In this document: positions 52,775 to 62,496 of the stretch, piece by piece
Numbering within the stretch: position 1 is the first letter of the stretch
How the letters are laid out: each line of letters starts with the position of its first letter
Assembly (NCBI GenBank): GCA_965219445.1
Contig: CBDCNQ010000005.1
Location: 96,001-160,000, forward strand
Reading direction: 5' to 3'
DNA length: 64,000 nucleotides
Origin: Longimicrobiales bacterium
GTDB lineage: Bacteria; Gemmatimonadota; Gemmatimonadetes; Longimicrobiales; Gaopeijiaceae
The notes under the pieces: model-generated
Databases searched by the model: none
What the model saw: only the letters and a program-made list of their open reading frames with translations
What the model was told of the DNA's origin: nothing
Made by a program: the position numbers and the translations under genes

Positions 52775-53896
52775 ATGCCGAATTACGAATCGTCGGCCCA
52801 TTCGCGGCTTTTCTCCACGGTCTTGTTCACCTTTTTCTTGGGTGCTCCCCTAGCCACGGCACAGGCGCAGGAGGCCCTCGATATCTATTTCATCGACGTC
52901 GAGGGTGGGGGCGCCACCCTGTTCGTCTCGCCCACCGGGGAGTCTTTGCTGATCGACACTGGAAACGGTGGACAGAATGCCGCGCGAGATGCCGGTCGCA
53001 TCATGGACGCGATGCGGGACGCGGACGTTTCTGCCATCGACCACTTGATCACCACCCACTGGCACGGCGACCACTACGGAGCGATGCAGGAGCTGGCGAG
53101 TAAGGTTCCGGTGCGACACTTCATCGACCACGGACCGAGTGTCGAGTCGAGGGCCGCAGTGGCCGATTTCCTCGACACGACCTATCCGATGTTGTACCGG
53201 CGTGCCGAGCATACCGTCGTTACACCGGGGGATCGCATCGCCCTCGCCGGTGTCGATATCACCGTACTTGCATCCGGGAAGCAGGTCATCGACCGGCCGT
53301 TGCCCGGCGGCGGTGTACGCAATCGATACTGCGCCGATTTCGCCCCGCAGGCCGAAGACAACGGCGAAAACGCGCAATCGGTTGGCATTCTGGCTGGGTT
53401 CGGCGAGTTCCGTGTCCTCCACTTGGGAGACTTGACCGTCAACACCGAGTTCGAGCTCATGTGCCCGAACAATCCCATTGGCACGGTCGATCTGTTCGTC
53501 GTCTCCCACCATGGGCAGCCGATCTCCAACGCGCAGGTCCTGGTTCACGCCATCGAGTCCCGCGTGGCCATCATGAACAACGGCACACGCAAGGGGGGCC
53601 AGCCGGAGGCGATGCAAGTGCTCCACTCCGCTCCCGGCCTGGAAGACCTCTGGCAGCTTCACTTCTCCGAATTGAGCGGACAGGAGTACACGGTGCCGGG
53701 TCTCTTCATTGCGAACCCGATCGACGAAGAGCCGGATGCCATGCCCATCGCGCCCATGATGAATCCACGGGGAGATGGGGTCCCTCCCCGGCCCGTCCAC
53801 AACGGTGAAGCATATTGGATCAAGGTATCAGGGGATGCCGATGGCTCGTTCACTGTATCAAATGGCCGGAACGGGTTCACCAAGGTGTATCGCTAG
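52775..53896 (+). CDS. Exported MBL-fold hydrolase (ComEC/Rec2-like)
   Basis: Signal peptide, FIDVEGGGATL, LIDTG, THWHGDHYG, GDL and SHHG. Confidence 0.88.
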   Translation: MPNYESSAHSRLFSTVLFTFFLGAPLATAQAQEALDIYFIDVEGGGATLFVSPTGESLLIDTGNGGQNAARDAGRIMDAMRDADVSAIDHLITTHWHGDHYGAMQELASKVPVRHFIDHGPSVESRAAVADFLDTTYPMLYRRAEHTVVTPGDRIALAGVDITVLASGKQVIDRPLPGGGVRNRYCADFAPQAEDNGENAQSVGILAGFGEFRVLHLGDLTVNTEFELMCPNNPIGTVDLFVVSHHGQPISNAQVLVHAIESRVAIMNNGTRKGGQPEAMQVLHSAPGLEDLWQLHFSELSGQEYTVPGLFIANPIDEEPDAMPIAPMMNPRGDGVPPRPVHNGEAYWIKVSGDADGSFTVSNGRNGFTKVYR

Positions 53897-53963
53897 ATCA
53901 AACTGGCCTTGGCCGCATTGTGGATTACCTTTGGGGAAATTGATTGTCTGTTACGGAGGGGAA

Positions 53964-56774
53964 ATGGACCGGAAGTGGGTGTATCTGTTCGCCGAGCTCG
54001 AAGCAGCGGAAGCCTATGCGGGTGATTGGGAGTCGGTCCGCGGGCTGCTCGGAGGGAAGGGGGCGAATCTGGCAGAGATGTCGCGGATCCAGGTCCCCGT
54101 TCCCCCCGGCTTCACCGTGACGACCGAAGCGTGCATCGCCTACCTCGGTCATGAAGGCGTGTTTCCGGCGGACATCTGGGAGCAACAGATCGAGGCCCTG
54201 CGCCGTATCGAGGCTGAAACGGGGAAGGAGTTCGGGAATCCCGAAAAGCCCCTCCTGGTGTCGTGCCGATCCGGAGCGAGGTTCTCGATGCCCGGGATGA
54301 TGGACACGATTCTGAACCTGGGAATGAACGACGACGTGGCCCGAGGAATGGTGGAGCTTACGGGTGACGCGCGCTTCGTATACGACTCCTATCGACGGCT
54401 GATCCAGATGTTCGGCACCGTGGTCCGCGGGATGGAAAACGAGGTGTTCGAAGAGGTCCTCGAGCACAGCCGACGGGCTGCCGGGGTCGCCACTGATCCG
54501 GAGCTCGGAGCCGAGGACTGGATGGCCATCACACAACGCTTCAGAGAGCTGGTCAAGACGCGCACCCGAGCGCCCTTCCCGAACAATCCTTTGGAACAGC
54601 TCCAGGCGGCCACGGAGGCTGTATTCGAGTCCTGGAATACCAAACGAGCCGTGGACTACCGTAACGCTTCGGGGATCCCGCACGATCTCGGCACCGCTGT
54701 GAACATCCAGACGATGGTTTTCGGGAATATGGGCGAGACCTCTGGGACGGGAGTGGTGATGAGCCGCAACGCCTCCACCGGAGAGCCGGGCCTACACGGG
54801 GACTTCCTGGTGAATGCGCAGGGAGAGGACGTTGTGGCCGGAACTCGGAAGACCCTCGACATCAGCGTGATGGCGAAACGGTTCCCCGACGCCCACAAGC
54901 AGCTCCGTGAGATCGCGGATAGGCTGGAGCACCACTACAGAAACATGCAGGACCTGGAATTTACCGTCGAACACGGGACGCTATGGCTTCTCCAGACTCG
55001 TAACGGCAAGCGCACCGCGAAAGCCGAGGTGCGGATCGCCGTGGACATGGTCGAGGAGGCGCTTCTTGGCCGAGAGGAAGCCGTGCTCCGCGTGAGCCCT
55101 GAGCAGGTGGATTCTTATCTCCATCCTCAGTTTGATGAGGAGGCGAGAAACCAGGCTCAAGTGTTTGCTGAGGGTCTGAACGTGTCGCCTGGAGCGGCCG
55201 TAGGTGTCGCGGCCTTCGATGCGGACACAGCGGAGAAATGGGCCAGAGAGGACGGGAAGGACGTGATCATGGTTCGGCCCGAGACGAGGCCCGACGACGT
55301 TCACGGGATGCTTGCTGCGAAGGGCATCGTGACCAGCCGGGGGGGGCGGACCAGCCATGCAGCGTTGGTCGCGCGCCAGTTTGGCAAACCGGCCGTCGTG
55401 GGAGTAGAGGCACTCGAGATCGACCTGGACCACCGCGAGGCGCGGGTCGGCGATCTGACGATCCGCGAGGGTGCCGAGATCTCCATCGATGGGATGCTCG
55501 GAGAAGTCTACCTCGGCGTGCTGCCGACCGTGATCCCGGACATCGATGATCTCTGGCTCAACAAGCTCATGGGTTGGGCGGACGAGTTCCGGACTCTCGA
55601 GGTCTGGGCGAATGCGGACTACCCCGATGATGCGCGCCGTGCCCGCGAGCTGGGGGCCGAGGGGATCGGACTCTGCCGCACGGAGCACATGTTCTTCGAG
55701 GAGGATCGCCTCCCGGTCATGCGGGAGATGATCATGGCCCAGAACCACATAGAGCGCGACGACGCCCTCGATCGGCTCCTCCCGCTTCAACGCGGCGATT
55801 TCGAGGGGCTCTTCCGGGCAATGGACGGCTACCCGGTCGTGGTCCGTCTCCTGGACCCCCCGCTCCACGAGTTCCTCCCCGATCATCAGGAGCTTCTCCG
55901 CGAGTTGGCGGAACTCAAGGTCAGGCTCCAACACCTGGACACACTCCGCCAGATCGACGACACGCTCGAGGAAATCAGAGAGAAACAGGACTTCCTGGCG
56001 CGGACTGAAGATCTTCTGGAAACGAACCCCATGCTGGGCACGCGAGGAGTTCGTCTCGGAATGCTACTCCCGGAGATCACCCGGATGCAGGCACGTGCAC
56101 TCTTTCAGGCGGCGGCTCACTGCATGCGGGACGGTGTCGACGTCAAGCTCGAGGTCATGATCCCATTGGTCTCACACGTGAACGAGCTTCGGACCCAGCG
56201 TCGACTTGTGGAAGCCGAGGCGGAGGAGGTGATCGCTGAGGAGGAGCAGGAGATTCCTTATAAGATCGGGACCATGATCGAGATCCCGCGGGCTGCCCTG
56301 ACGGCGGACGAAGTTGCCTCCTCGGCCGAGTTCTTTTCGTTCGGAACGAACGATCTTACCCAGACCGTGTTCGGGATCTCCCGGGACGACGCGGAGTCGG
56401 GATTCCTCCTTCACTACGTCGAACACGACGTGCTCCCCGATAACCCGTTCACTACCCTCGACGTGGACGGCGTGGGGAAGATCATGCGGATGGCGGTTGA
56501 ACTTGGGCGAAGCGTTCGTTCGGATCTCGAGATCGGGATCTGCGGCGAGCACGGAGGCGACCCTCGGTCGGTGGAATTCTGCCACAAGGCGGGCCTGAAC
56601 TACGTGAGTTGCTCTCCGTTCCGGGTCCCGGTTGCACGCCTCGCTGCCGCACAGGCAGCGGTCAAGGACGCGGGCTGGCGTCCGATGCCCGCAGCCCCAA
56701 GGGACGAATTCCGCCAGGAGAGGGTCGAAGCCGCCCAGGAGACTGCTGCTTCGCCCCAGGACGTGGCGAGCTGA
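53964..56774 (+). CDS. ppdK: Pyruvate, phosphate dikinase
   Basis: Motifs LLGGKGANLAEM, SMPGMMDT, NAQGEDVVAG, TSHAA (phospho-His), GLCRTEHMF, FSFGTNDL and GICGEHGG. Confidence 0.97.
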   Translation: MDRKWVYLFAELEAAEAYAGDWESVRGLLGGKGANLAEMSRIQVPVPPGFTVTTEACIAYLGHEGVFPADIWEQQIEALRRIEAETGKEFGNPEKPLLVSCRSGARFSMPGMMDTILNLGMNDDVARGMVELTGDARFVYDSYRRLIQMFGTVVRGMENEVFEEVLEHSRRAAGVATDPELGAEDWMAITQRFRELVKTRTRAPFPNNPLEQLQAATEAVFESWNTKRAVDYRNASGIPHDLGTAVNIQTMVFGNMGETSGTGVVMSRNASTGEPGLHGDFLVNAQGEDVVAGTRKTLDISVMAKRFPDAHKQLREIADRLEHHYRNMQDLEFTVEHGTLWLLQTRNGKRTAKAEVRIAVDMVEEALLGREEAVLRVSPEQVDSYLHPQFDEEARNQAQVFAEGLNVSPGAAVGVAAFDADTAEKWAREDGKDVIMVRPETRPDDVHGMLAAKGIVTSRGGRTSHAALVARQFGKPAVVGVEALEIDLDHREARVGDLTIREGAEISIDGMLGEVYLGVLPTVIPDIDDLWLNKLMGWADEFRTLEVWANADYPDDARRARELGAEGIGLCRTEHMFFEEDRLPVMREMIMAQNHIERDDALDRLLPLQRGDFEGLFRAMDGYPVVVRLLDPPLHEFLPDHQELLRELAELKVRLQHLDTLRQIDDTLEEIREKQDFLARTEDLLETNPMLGTRGVRLGMLLPEITRMQARALFQAAAHCMRDGVDVKLEVMIPLVSHVNELRTQRRLVEAEAEEVIAEEEQEIPYKIGTMIEIPRAALTADEVASSAEFFSFGTNDLTQTVFGISRDDAESGFLLHYVEHDVLPDNPFTTLDVDGVGKIMRMAVELGRSVRSDLEIGICGEHGGDPRSVEFCHKAGLNYVSCSPFRVPVARLAAAQAAVKDAGWRPMPAAPRDEFRQERVEAAQETAASPQDVAS

Positions 56775-56826
56775 GCGGGGTAGGGCGGTAATAACGGGTC
56801 CTCGAGCCCGACCCCTCGGCGCTCGT

Positions 56827-57832
56827 TCAGAAAATGGCGATCGGGTTTACTGGGGAGCCCGTACCGTTGGGTATCGGCATCGGCGCGAGCGTCAGCATGA
56901 ACTCCCACCGCCCCTGGGCCGCAGCCACCTCACTCAGTGCGTCGAGGTCGGCTCGGTCGAGCAGGTGTATGCCCAGCATCGTCAACGCGAAGTCGTGCAA
57001 GGCGAGCCTGGGGAGTTCGCCGGGAGGCCGTGGCATGTAGCCGGGCGTTTCCCATCCGATGAGCGCAACGTCCCGTGCCTTCAACCATGGAATGACCGTG
57101 TTGTCGAGCCCCGCGGCTTCGGCCCCCGTGTCAAACGGCCCTATCGCCTCCTGCCTCGCCCACCGGCCCCATCGCAGGAGCATCGCGTCACCCGGACCCA
57201 CTCGCGCACCGGTCCGCGCCTCCCAGGCCTCTAGATCCTCGACGGTGATACGCGTACCCGGCTCCAGGTAGGGCACCCCCTTCAGCCTCGGAATATCGTA
57301 CAGTACACCGCGGGTCACGATGCCGTCCTTCATCGTGAGGATGTCGTTCTTCAACGCACCGTCTTCCATCGTGACCAGGTCGTCGACGGGGTAACCGTTC
57401 CACATGCGTCCGTCGAAGAAGCGATGGGCGAAGCCGTCGATGTGCGTGGTGCCGGGGCCGTGAATGCACCGATACGCGATCCCGATCAGTAGCCCCGCCC
57501 CGACTGGCGTTCGCCATCTCCCACTCCAGGGGGCAGGGGTTGCCGATGGTCTGTTCGGTCTGCGCGGTCGACGCGAGTGACACGGTGATCCCCTCTCGGA
57601 CCAGTCTAGTCGCCGCCAGACGCTTCGCCGGAGTGATCAGGTTGAGTGCCCCGAGCTCGTCATCCGGCCCCCAACGGCCCCAATTTGAGAGTTCCTCCTG
57701 CCACCGCTCGTACTCGGCCTCAGTGACGAACGGCAACACCTCTTAGGCGCTGGCCGTGGGGACGGCGCCAGGAAGTAAGAGGCCAGGAAGCACAAGGAGG
57801 CCAGGGACGGGGAGTGCACCGAGGAGCTTCAC
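56827..57832 (-). pseudogene. Exported cyclase / kynurenine-formamidase-family protein with a nonsense codon and a frameshift
   Basis: GTG start at 57832 gives signal peptide MKLLG...TASA, then in-frame TAA (57743-57745), then NWGRWGPDDELGALN. An extra G near 57481-57483 precedes IHGPGTTHIDG.AH...GDAMLLR...GTGSPVNPIAIF. Confidence 0.85.
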
Positions 57833-57841
57833 AAGGCCCGC

Positions 57842-58912
57842 CTAGTGCTCCTGCATCGCAAGGTGCTCCCTCAGCACATCGCGGCCGAAGTCACCGTCGA
57901 AGTCACGCCACCCCGAGTGGATGTGATTGGGGTCTCTCTGGGTGTGATCGAACTCGATCAAGAAGCTAGGTCCTTGCACCCGGAAGTAGGACACGTCGCC
58001 GTACTCCGTCCCACCGGCCCAGGCGAACGTGACATTTTCGATGCCGTCCTCTTCAATTTTTTCGCGTCGGAGCGCTGCGATGTCATCGGCCATCGTCGAC
58101 GTATAGAAATCGATCACCTCCATCAGTATATCGCGTTGCTCCGGTGTGAGCTCCGAGCCCACGATGCCCACGGGGGAGAGGGGATCGGGTGCGAGCTCCA
58201 CGCCTCTCACGATATTCGTCGGTGCGACCTCATCGAGGATTGCTACTGCCCGCTGCGACGCGTCCAGGGAAGCGAGTAATCTTCGGGCCGGGTCCTCCAG
58301 GGGACCCAAGGGGCGCAGCCCTCTTCTGGGTCCTTCCATGACCTCCGCGGGGCTCGCGGCCAAGAAGGTTGGCGTGCTTACGGTGATCTCCCCGTCAACG
58401 ATCGTGAAGTGCAGCGAGAGGTGGTGCCCCTCGAACCTCCACGCCCACGTCCCGTCGGTTGACGGCTCCCCGAACACCGAGACGAAATACAGGTCGGGGT
58501 CGCGCGAAAACCCGCCGCCCTCCTCCATCGCCTCCATCGCCTGCAGGATCCCCTCGACCTCGATGATCTCATTGGCGGTCATGTATCCGCGTTGACTGAG
58601 GCCCGTCCTGAGCAGGGCCTGGGCACGATCCCTCTGCTCGGTGCTCATCTCTTTGAGTGGCAGACCGTGGCGCTCGAACACCTCGGGCGGGACGAAGTGG
58701 AACCTCACACGCTCCTCCGAGTCGAAGGCGAATGTCGCGTGCCCGCGCTCCTCGTCGGACAGAGACATGAGGAACTGACTCGCGCCGTCCGTCATCTGCG
58801 CGACGTCACTCTGCGAGTCGGCCCCCCCTTCGCCACAGGAGACCCCCCCGAGACCAATGAAAACTGCGAGACCAGAGATCATCATCACACGCGCGACTGT
58901 CGACCGCTTCAT
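57842..58912 (-). CDS. DUF3500 domain lipoprotein
   Basis: Lipobox GVSC, GLSQRGY, Y.VSVFGEP, W.WRFEGHHLSL, YFRVQGPSFLIEFD and NHIHS.WRD..GDFG. Confidence 0.88.
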   Translation of the reverse strand: MKRSTVARVMMISGLAVFIGLGGVSCGEGGADSQSDVAQMTDGASQFLMSLSDEERGHATFAFDSEERVRFHFVPPEVFERHGLPLKEMSTEQRDRAQALLRTGLSQRGYMTANEIIEVEGILQAMEAMEEGGGFSRDPDLYFVSVFGEPSTDGTWAWRFEGHHLSLHFTIVDGEITVSTPTFLAASPAEVMEGPRRGLRPLGPLEDPARRLLASLDASQRAVAILDEVAPTNIVRGVELAPDPLSPVGIVGSELTPEQRDILMEVIDFYTSTMADDIAALRREKIEEDGIENVTFAWAGGTEYGDVSYFRVQGPSFLIEFDHTQRDPNHIHSGWRDFDGDFGRDVLREHLAMQEH

Positions 58913-59002
58913 GGATTCCTCCTCCTCCGATGCTATCAGCCCGGCGCCTTAGCCGCATGGGGATCATGAGGTGAAGACGCGGCGGCAGCTTCTTTTGCCT
59001 GC

Positions 59003-60400
59003 TTATCCTCCGGTCCGGGCCGCCCGTGCCCGTGCCCGGCGCTGCTCTTCTTGTCGGCGGGCCTGTTCGAGGAGATCTCGGGGGATCTCCTCACCCACGA
59101 CTATGCCCTGCTTGGTCGCAGGAGCGAAATAGATCCGCGCGTTGGCCATCTCATCTGTGGTTGCCGGGCCGTACACCACATCCACCTTCGGATCAGGATT
59201 GTAGGGATTGTTCACAGAATTGTCGAACCACCAGGTCATGTGGAGCTTGGAGCCGGCCGGAATGAAGCGCGGCTCTTCGTACTCGTAGAGGAACTGCCAA
59301 TTGAAGTCGTAGTCCGGCACCCAAAGCAGGGTTTCCGTCTCCCCGTCTGGATGCTCGAGCTCGTACTTCACGGCCTTTCCCCGGTAGTGCATGTGCGGTG
59401 CCATGGAAAGGAGATATGTGTCTTCCTCGAACAAACGCTGGTGCTTCACCTCGTAGTTCGGATCAAACGCGGGGATCTTGAATTCCCGCGTGAAGTTCAG
59501 GTCCGTTTCTACCACGTGGTCGATCACGTCGCCGGGCTCGTAGAAAACGAACGCCGCCTGAGTCAAGTCCTCTACGTTGGTGCCCGGCCCGGGCTCCTTG
59601 TGGTAGTGCATGCTGACGGTGATATAGGGATCCTCGGGAAGGAGAATCCCCCACCCCTCCGGATACGTGAATGGCCCCCGGCCGGGGACGCCCACCCCCA
59701 TATGACTGGACACGATATGGTGAACCCAGGGACCACCGGGGAGAAGCTCGGCCTTCGAAACCCACCTCGGTTCGGTGTGCTGGCCCTCGAGCACGGGCAT
59801 CTCGAAGGTCGGCTGCCAGTCCCGCACCTCGTCGGCCACATGCACCGGCTCCTCGAACTTGACGATGAGATCCGGATCGCCGATCCACCAGCCGGAGGGT
59901 GGTAGGGAGGTTCCGCTTTTCTCTGCGTCTCCGGCTGCGACGCGAGCCTCCCATGCCCTCGCCTCCGCCGGGTCTCCGGCCGGTGCCCCCGCATCCACCC
60001 AGGCGATGAGTGTCGCTTTGTTAGCGTCCGAGACGTAGCGCTCGTCCTTGAAGGTGCCCTCGTGCTGAGCGTGGGCTCCCCAGGGCGGCATGTACCCGGT
60101 CTCGAGAGCCCACTTGATCCGACTGGCCCAGGGGCGGGCGTCTTCGTATGCGATGAGCGACATCGGGGCCGTGATTCCACCGACGGACGGTCCGTCCGGC
60201 TGGTGGCAAGCTACGCAGTTCTGTTGGAGGATCGGCAGGGCATCGGCGTAAAAGGTGGGAACGTCGTGGACTGAGGCCGATGCGAAGACCGCGGCGTCGG
60301 TTCCCCCTCCACTACGCGTCTGAACGTTCGCGCAGCCGCTTAGCCCGGCGATTCCGACTGTAAGCAGGGCGATAAGAGTCTTCCTTCTCTCGACGCTCAT
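59003..60400 (-). CDS. Lipoprotein: monoheme cytochrome c fused to a copper type II (PHM/DBH-like) monooxygenase domain
   Basis: Lipobox LSGC, CVACH + MPPW, VHHI, MHYH, PHMHYRG, YDFNWQ..Y, DNS..NP.NP and DEM. Confidence 0.8.
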   Translation of the reverse strand: MSVERRKTLIALLTVGIAGLSGCANVQTRSGGGTDAAVFASASVHDVPTFYADALPILQQNCVACHQPDGPSVGGITAPMSLIAYEDARPWASRIKWALETGYMPPWGAHAQHEGTFKDERYVSDANKATLIAWVDAGAPAGDPAEARAWEARVAAGDAEKSGTSLPPSGWWIGDPDLIVKFEEPVHVADEVRDWQPTFEMPVLEGQHTEPRWVSKAELLPGGPWVHHIVSSHMGVGVPGRGPFTYPEGWGILLPEDPYITVSMHYHKEPGPGTNVEDLTQAAFVFYEPGDVIDHVVETDLNFTREFKIPAFDPNYEVKHQRLFEEDTYLLSMAPHMHYRGKAVKYELEHPDGETETLLWVPDYDFNWQFLYEYEEPRFIPAGSKLHMTWWFDNSVNNPYNPDPKVDVVYGPATTDEMANARIYFAPATKQGIVVGEEIPRDLLEQARRQEEQRRARARAARTGG

Positions 60401-60516
60401 TGGTCCCCTTTGGAATTAATAACCAGACGAAAGCACAAACCCACAACCAGGGTAGCCGCGATCGGCAGATGGAGGCAAGGCTGTTGGGTCAACGGAGATG
60501 CCTACCAGCACTCCGT

Positions 60517-62400
60517 TCATCGAGAGAATCTCCCCTTGCGGAGCCAGGTCTCGAGGGTGAGGAGTGCCCAAAGCTGATGCCCATAATCAGCTTCCTTCCT
60601 GAAGTGGGCCTCAGCCATGGTCCGGATCGGCGCAGGCTCGAGCCACTCCCAGAGCTTCGCGTCATTTGCGAGCAACCGGTCCTCGACGAGCGGTCTCCAA
60701 TGCGTTCTGAACCACGTGGGCAGGGGCACGGCAAATCCCCATTTGGGACGCGTCCTGATCTCGGAGGGCAGGAGGTCGCGAAAGGCCTCCTTGAGCCCGT
60801 ACTTGAATGAGCCGCCCCGGATCTTCAGGCGGTCCGGGAGCCCTCCGACGTATTCCATCAACTCTCCGTCCAGAAAGGGCGAACGCAACTCGAGTCCGTG
60901 AGCCATACTGCACCGATCCGACTTCACAAGGAGATCATCGAGAAGGTACGTGTCGAAGTTTAGCGCCAAGGTCCGGGCAAGCGGAGAGAGGTGAGAATTG
61001 GCCAGTAGCGGTTCTCTGAAGCTCTGTGTGAGTGCATGACGCGACACAGCGTCTCTGAGCTCGGGGCGAAGCAGCTCATCCAGCCGATCTGCAAAGAAAC
61101 CGATCCATCGAAGAGTTCGTTCCTCAGCAGGCATTGCGGCCGCCGAGAAGAAGCGGGCAACTCTTCGGGAGAGACTTCTGAAGTCCGGATTGTGCGGGAG
61201 ATATCGGCTCAGCGCACACCCGAGCCGGACCAGCGGGGCCGGAATGGACTCGGCAATTTGGGCACCCCGAAAGCGAAGATAACCTGCGAACAGCTCGTCT
61301 CCGGCATCACCCGTGAGAGCTACGGTGACGTGCTCACGGGTCAGGCGGGACACAATGTACGTCGGAATCGCAGACGAGTCCCCGAACGGCTCATCGTAGT
61401 GATCCACGAGATCGTCCACGAGATCGACCGACCCGGCTTCGACCACGAACCGAGTGTGAGCCGTCCCAAAGCGCTTCGACGCCAACTCGGCAAACGGGGT
61501 CTCATCGTAGTTTGCGTCGTCCGCAAACCCGATCGAGAAGGTCCCTACCGGCTTGTCGAGCAGTTCGCTCATGAGACCGACGATGACCGTAGAGTCCACT
61601 CCCCCACTCAGGAACGCCCCCAAGGGCACGTCGGAGATGAGCCGCTTCCTCACTGCCTCGCGGGTAAGCGTACGGATGCGTGGAAGCGCTTCTTCTTTAG
61701 AGACCTCGTGGGGAGTGAAATCCAGACGCCAGTACCGTTCGAAGCGGGGCTCTCCGCCCGATCCCACGCTCACGGTCGTACCGGGCGGCACTTTCTGAAT
61801 CCGTCGGTAGAAGGTCCCGGGCGTGGGCACATAGCCGTAGGCCATGTACAGCGGGATGGCGGCCGGGTCCATGCTGTCGTCCACGTCGGGCCCTTGAAGA
61901 ATCGCTTTGATCTCAGAGGCGAAAACCAGAAGGCCGTCCTTTTGGTACACGAACAAAGGCTTCTGTCCGGCCCTATCCCGTGCGAGGAAGAGCTCGCCGG
62001 TCCGCTCGTTCCACGCCGCGAGAGCGAACATGCCCTCCAATCGGGTTGGCAACGTACCGCCCCACTCTTCGTACCCGTGGGCCAACACCTCTGTATCGCT
62101 CTGAGTGCGGAACTGGTGTCCCAGGCCGACGAGTTCCCGTCGGAGCTCCTGATAGTTGTAGATCTCTCCGTTGAAAACGACCTGAATTGACCCGTCCTCG
62201 TTGGGCATTGGCTGGTCGCCGGTCTTCAGATCGATGACCGCCAACCGAGTGTGACCGAGCAGGCACCGGCCCGAGGGTGAGCGGTAGGAACTGACGCCGT
62301 CGGGGCCCCTATGTCGGAGTGACGAGGCCATCTGGGGGATGGCATCGAGAGTGGCTGGAAATCGGTCCCCGATGTCCAGCGCGCCAACAATGCCACACAT
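60517..62400 (-). CDS. asnB: Asparagine synthase (glutamine-hydrolysing) family amidotransferase
   Basis: Motifs MCGI, HRGPD, FNGEIYN, SDTEV, LSGGVDS, EPFGDSS and K.DR.SMAHGLE.RSPFLD. Confidence 0.93.
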   Translation of the reverse strand: MCGIVGALDIGDRFPATLDAIPQMASSLRHRGPDGVSSYRSPSGRCLLGHTRLAVIDLKTGDQPMPNEDGSIQVVFNGEIYNYQELRRELVGLGHQFRTQSDTEVLAHGYEEWGGTLPTRLEGMFALAAWNERTGELFLARDRAGQKPLFVYQKDGLLVFASEIKAILQGPDVDDSMDPAAIPLYMAYGYVPTPGTFYRRIQKVPPGTTVSVGSGGEPRFERYWRLDFTPHEVSKEEALPRIRTLTREAVRKRLISDVPLGAFLSGGVDSTVIVGLMSELLDKPVGTFSIGFADDANYDETPFAELASKRFGTAHTRFVVEAGSVDLVDDLVDHYDEPFGDSSAIPTYIVSRLTREHVTVALTGDAGDELFAGYLRFRGAQIAESIPAPLVRLGCALSRYLPHNPDFRSLSRRVARFFSAAAMPAEERTLRWIGFFADRLDELLRPELRDAVSRHALTQSFREPLLANSHLSPLARTLALNFDTYLLDDLLVKSDRCSMAHGLELRSPFLDGELMEYVGGLPDRLKIRGGSFKYGLKEAFRDLLPSEIRTRPKWGFAVPLPTWFRTHWRPLVEDRLLANDAKLWEWLEPAPIRTMAEAHFRKEADYGHQLWALLTLETWLRKGRFSR

Positions 62401-62496
62401 CTACTAGGGGCCGCCTTTCCAAACGCTCACGGGGAATGCACTCTCCTCCAGTTCCTTGAAGGAGGCAACGACGCTCGGCGAGGAGACACTAGGCGG

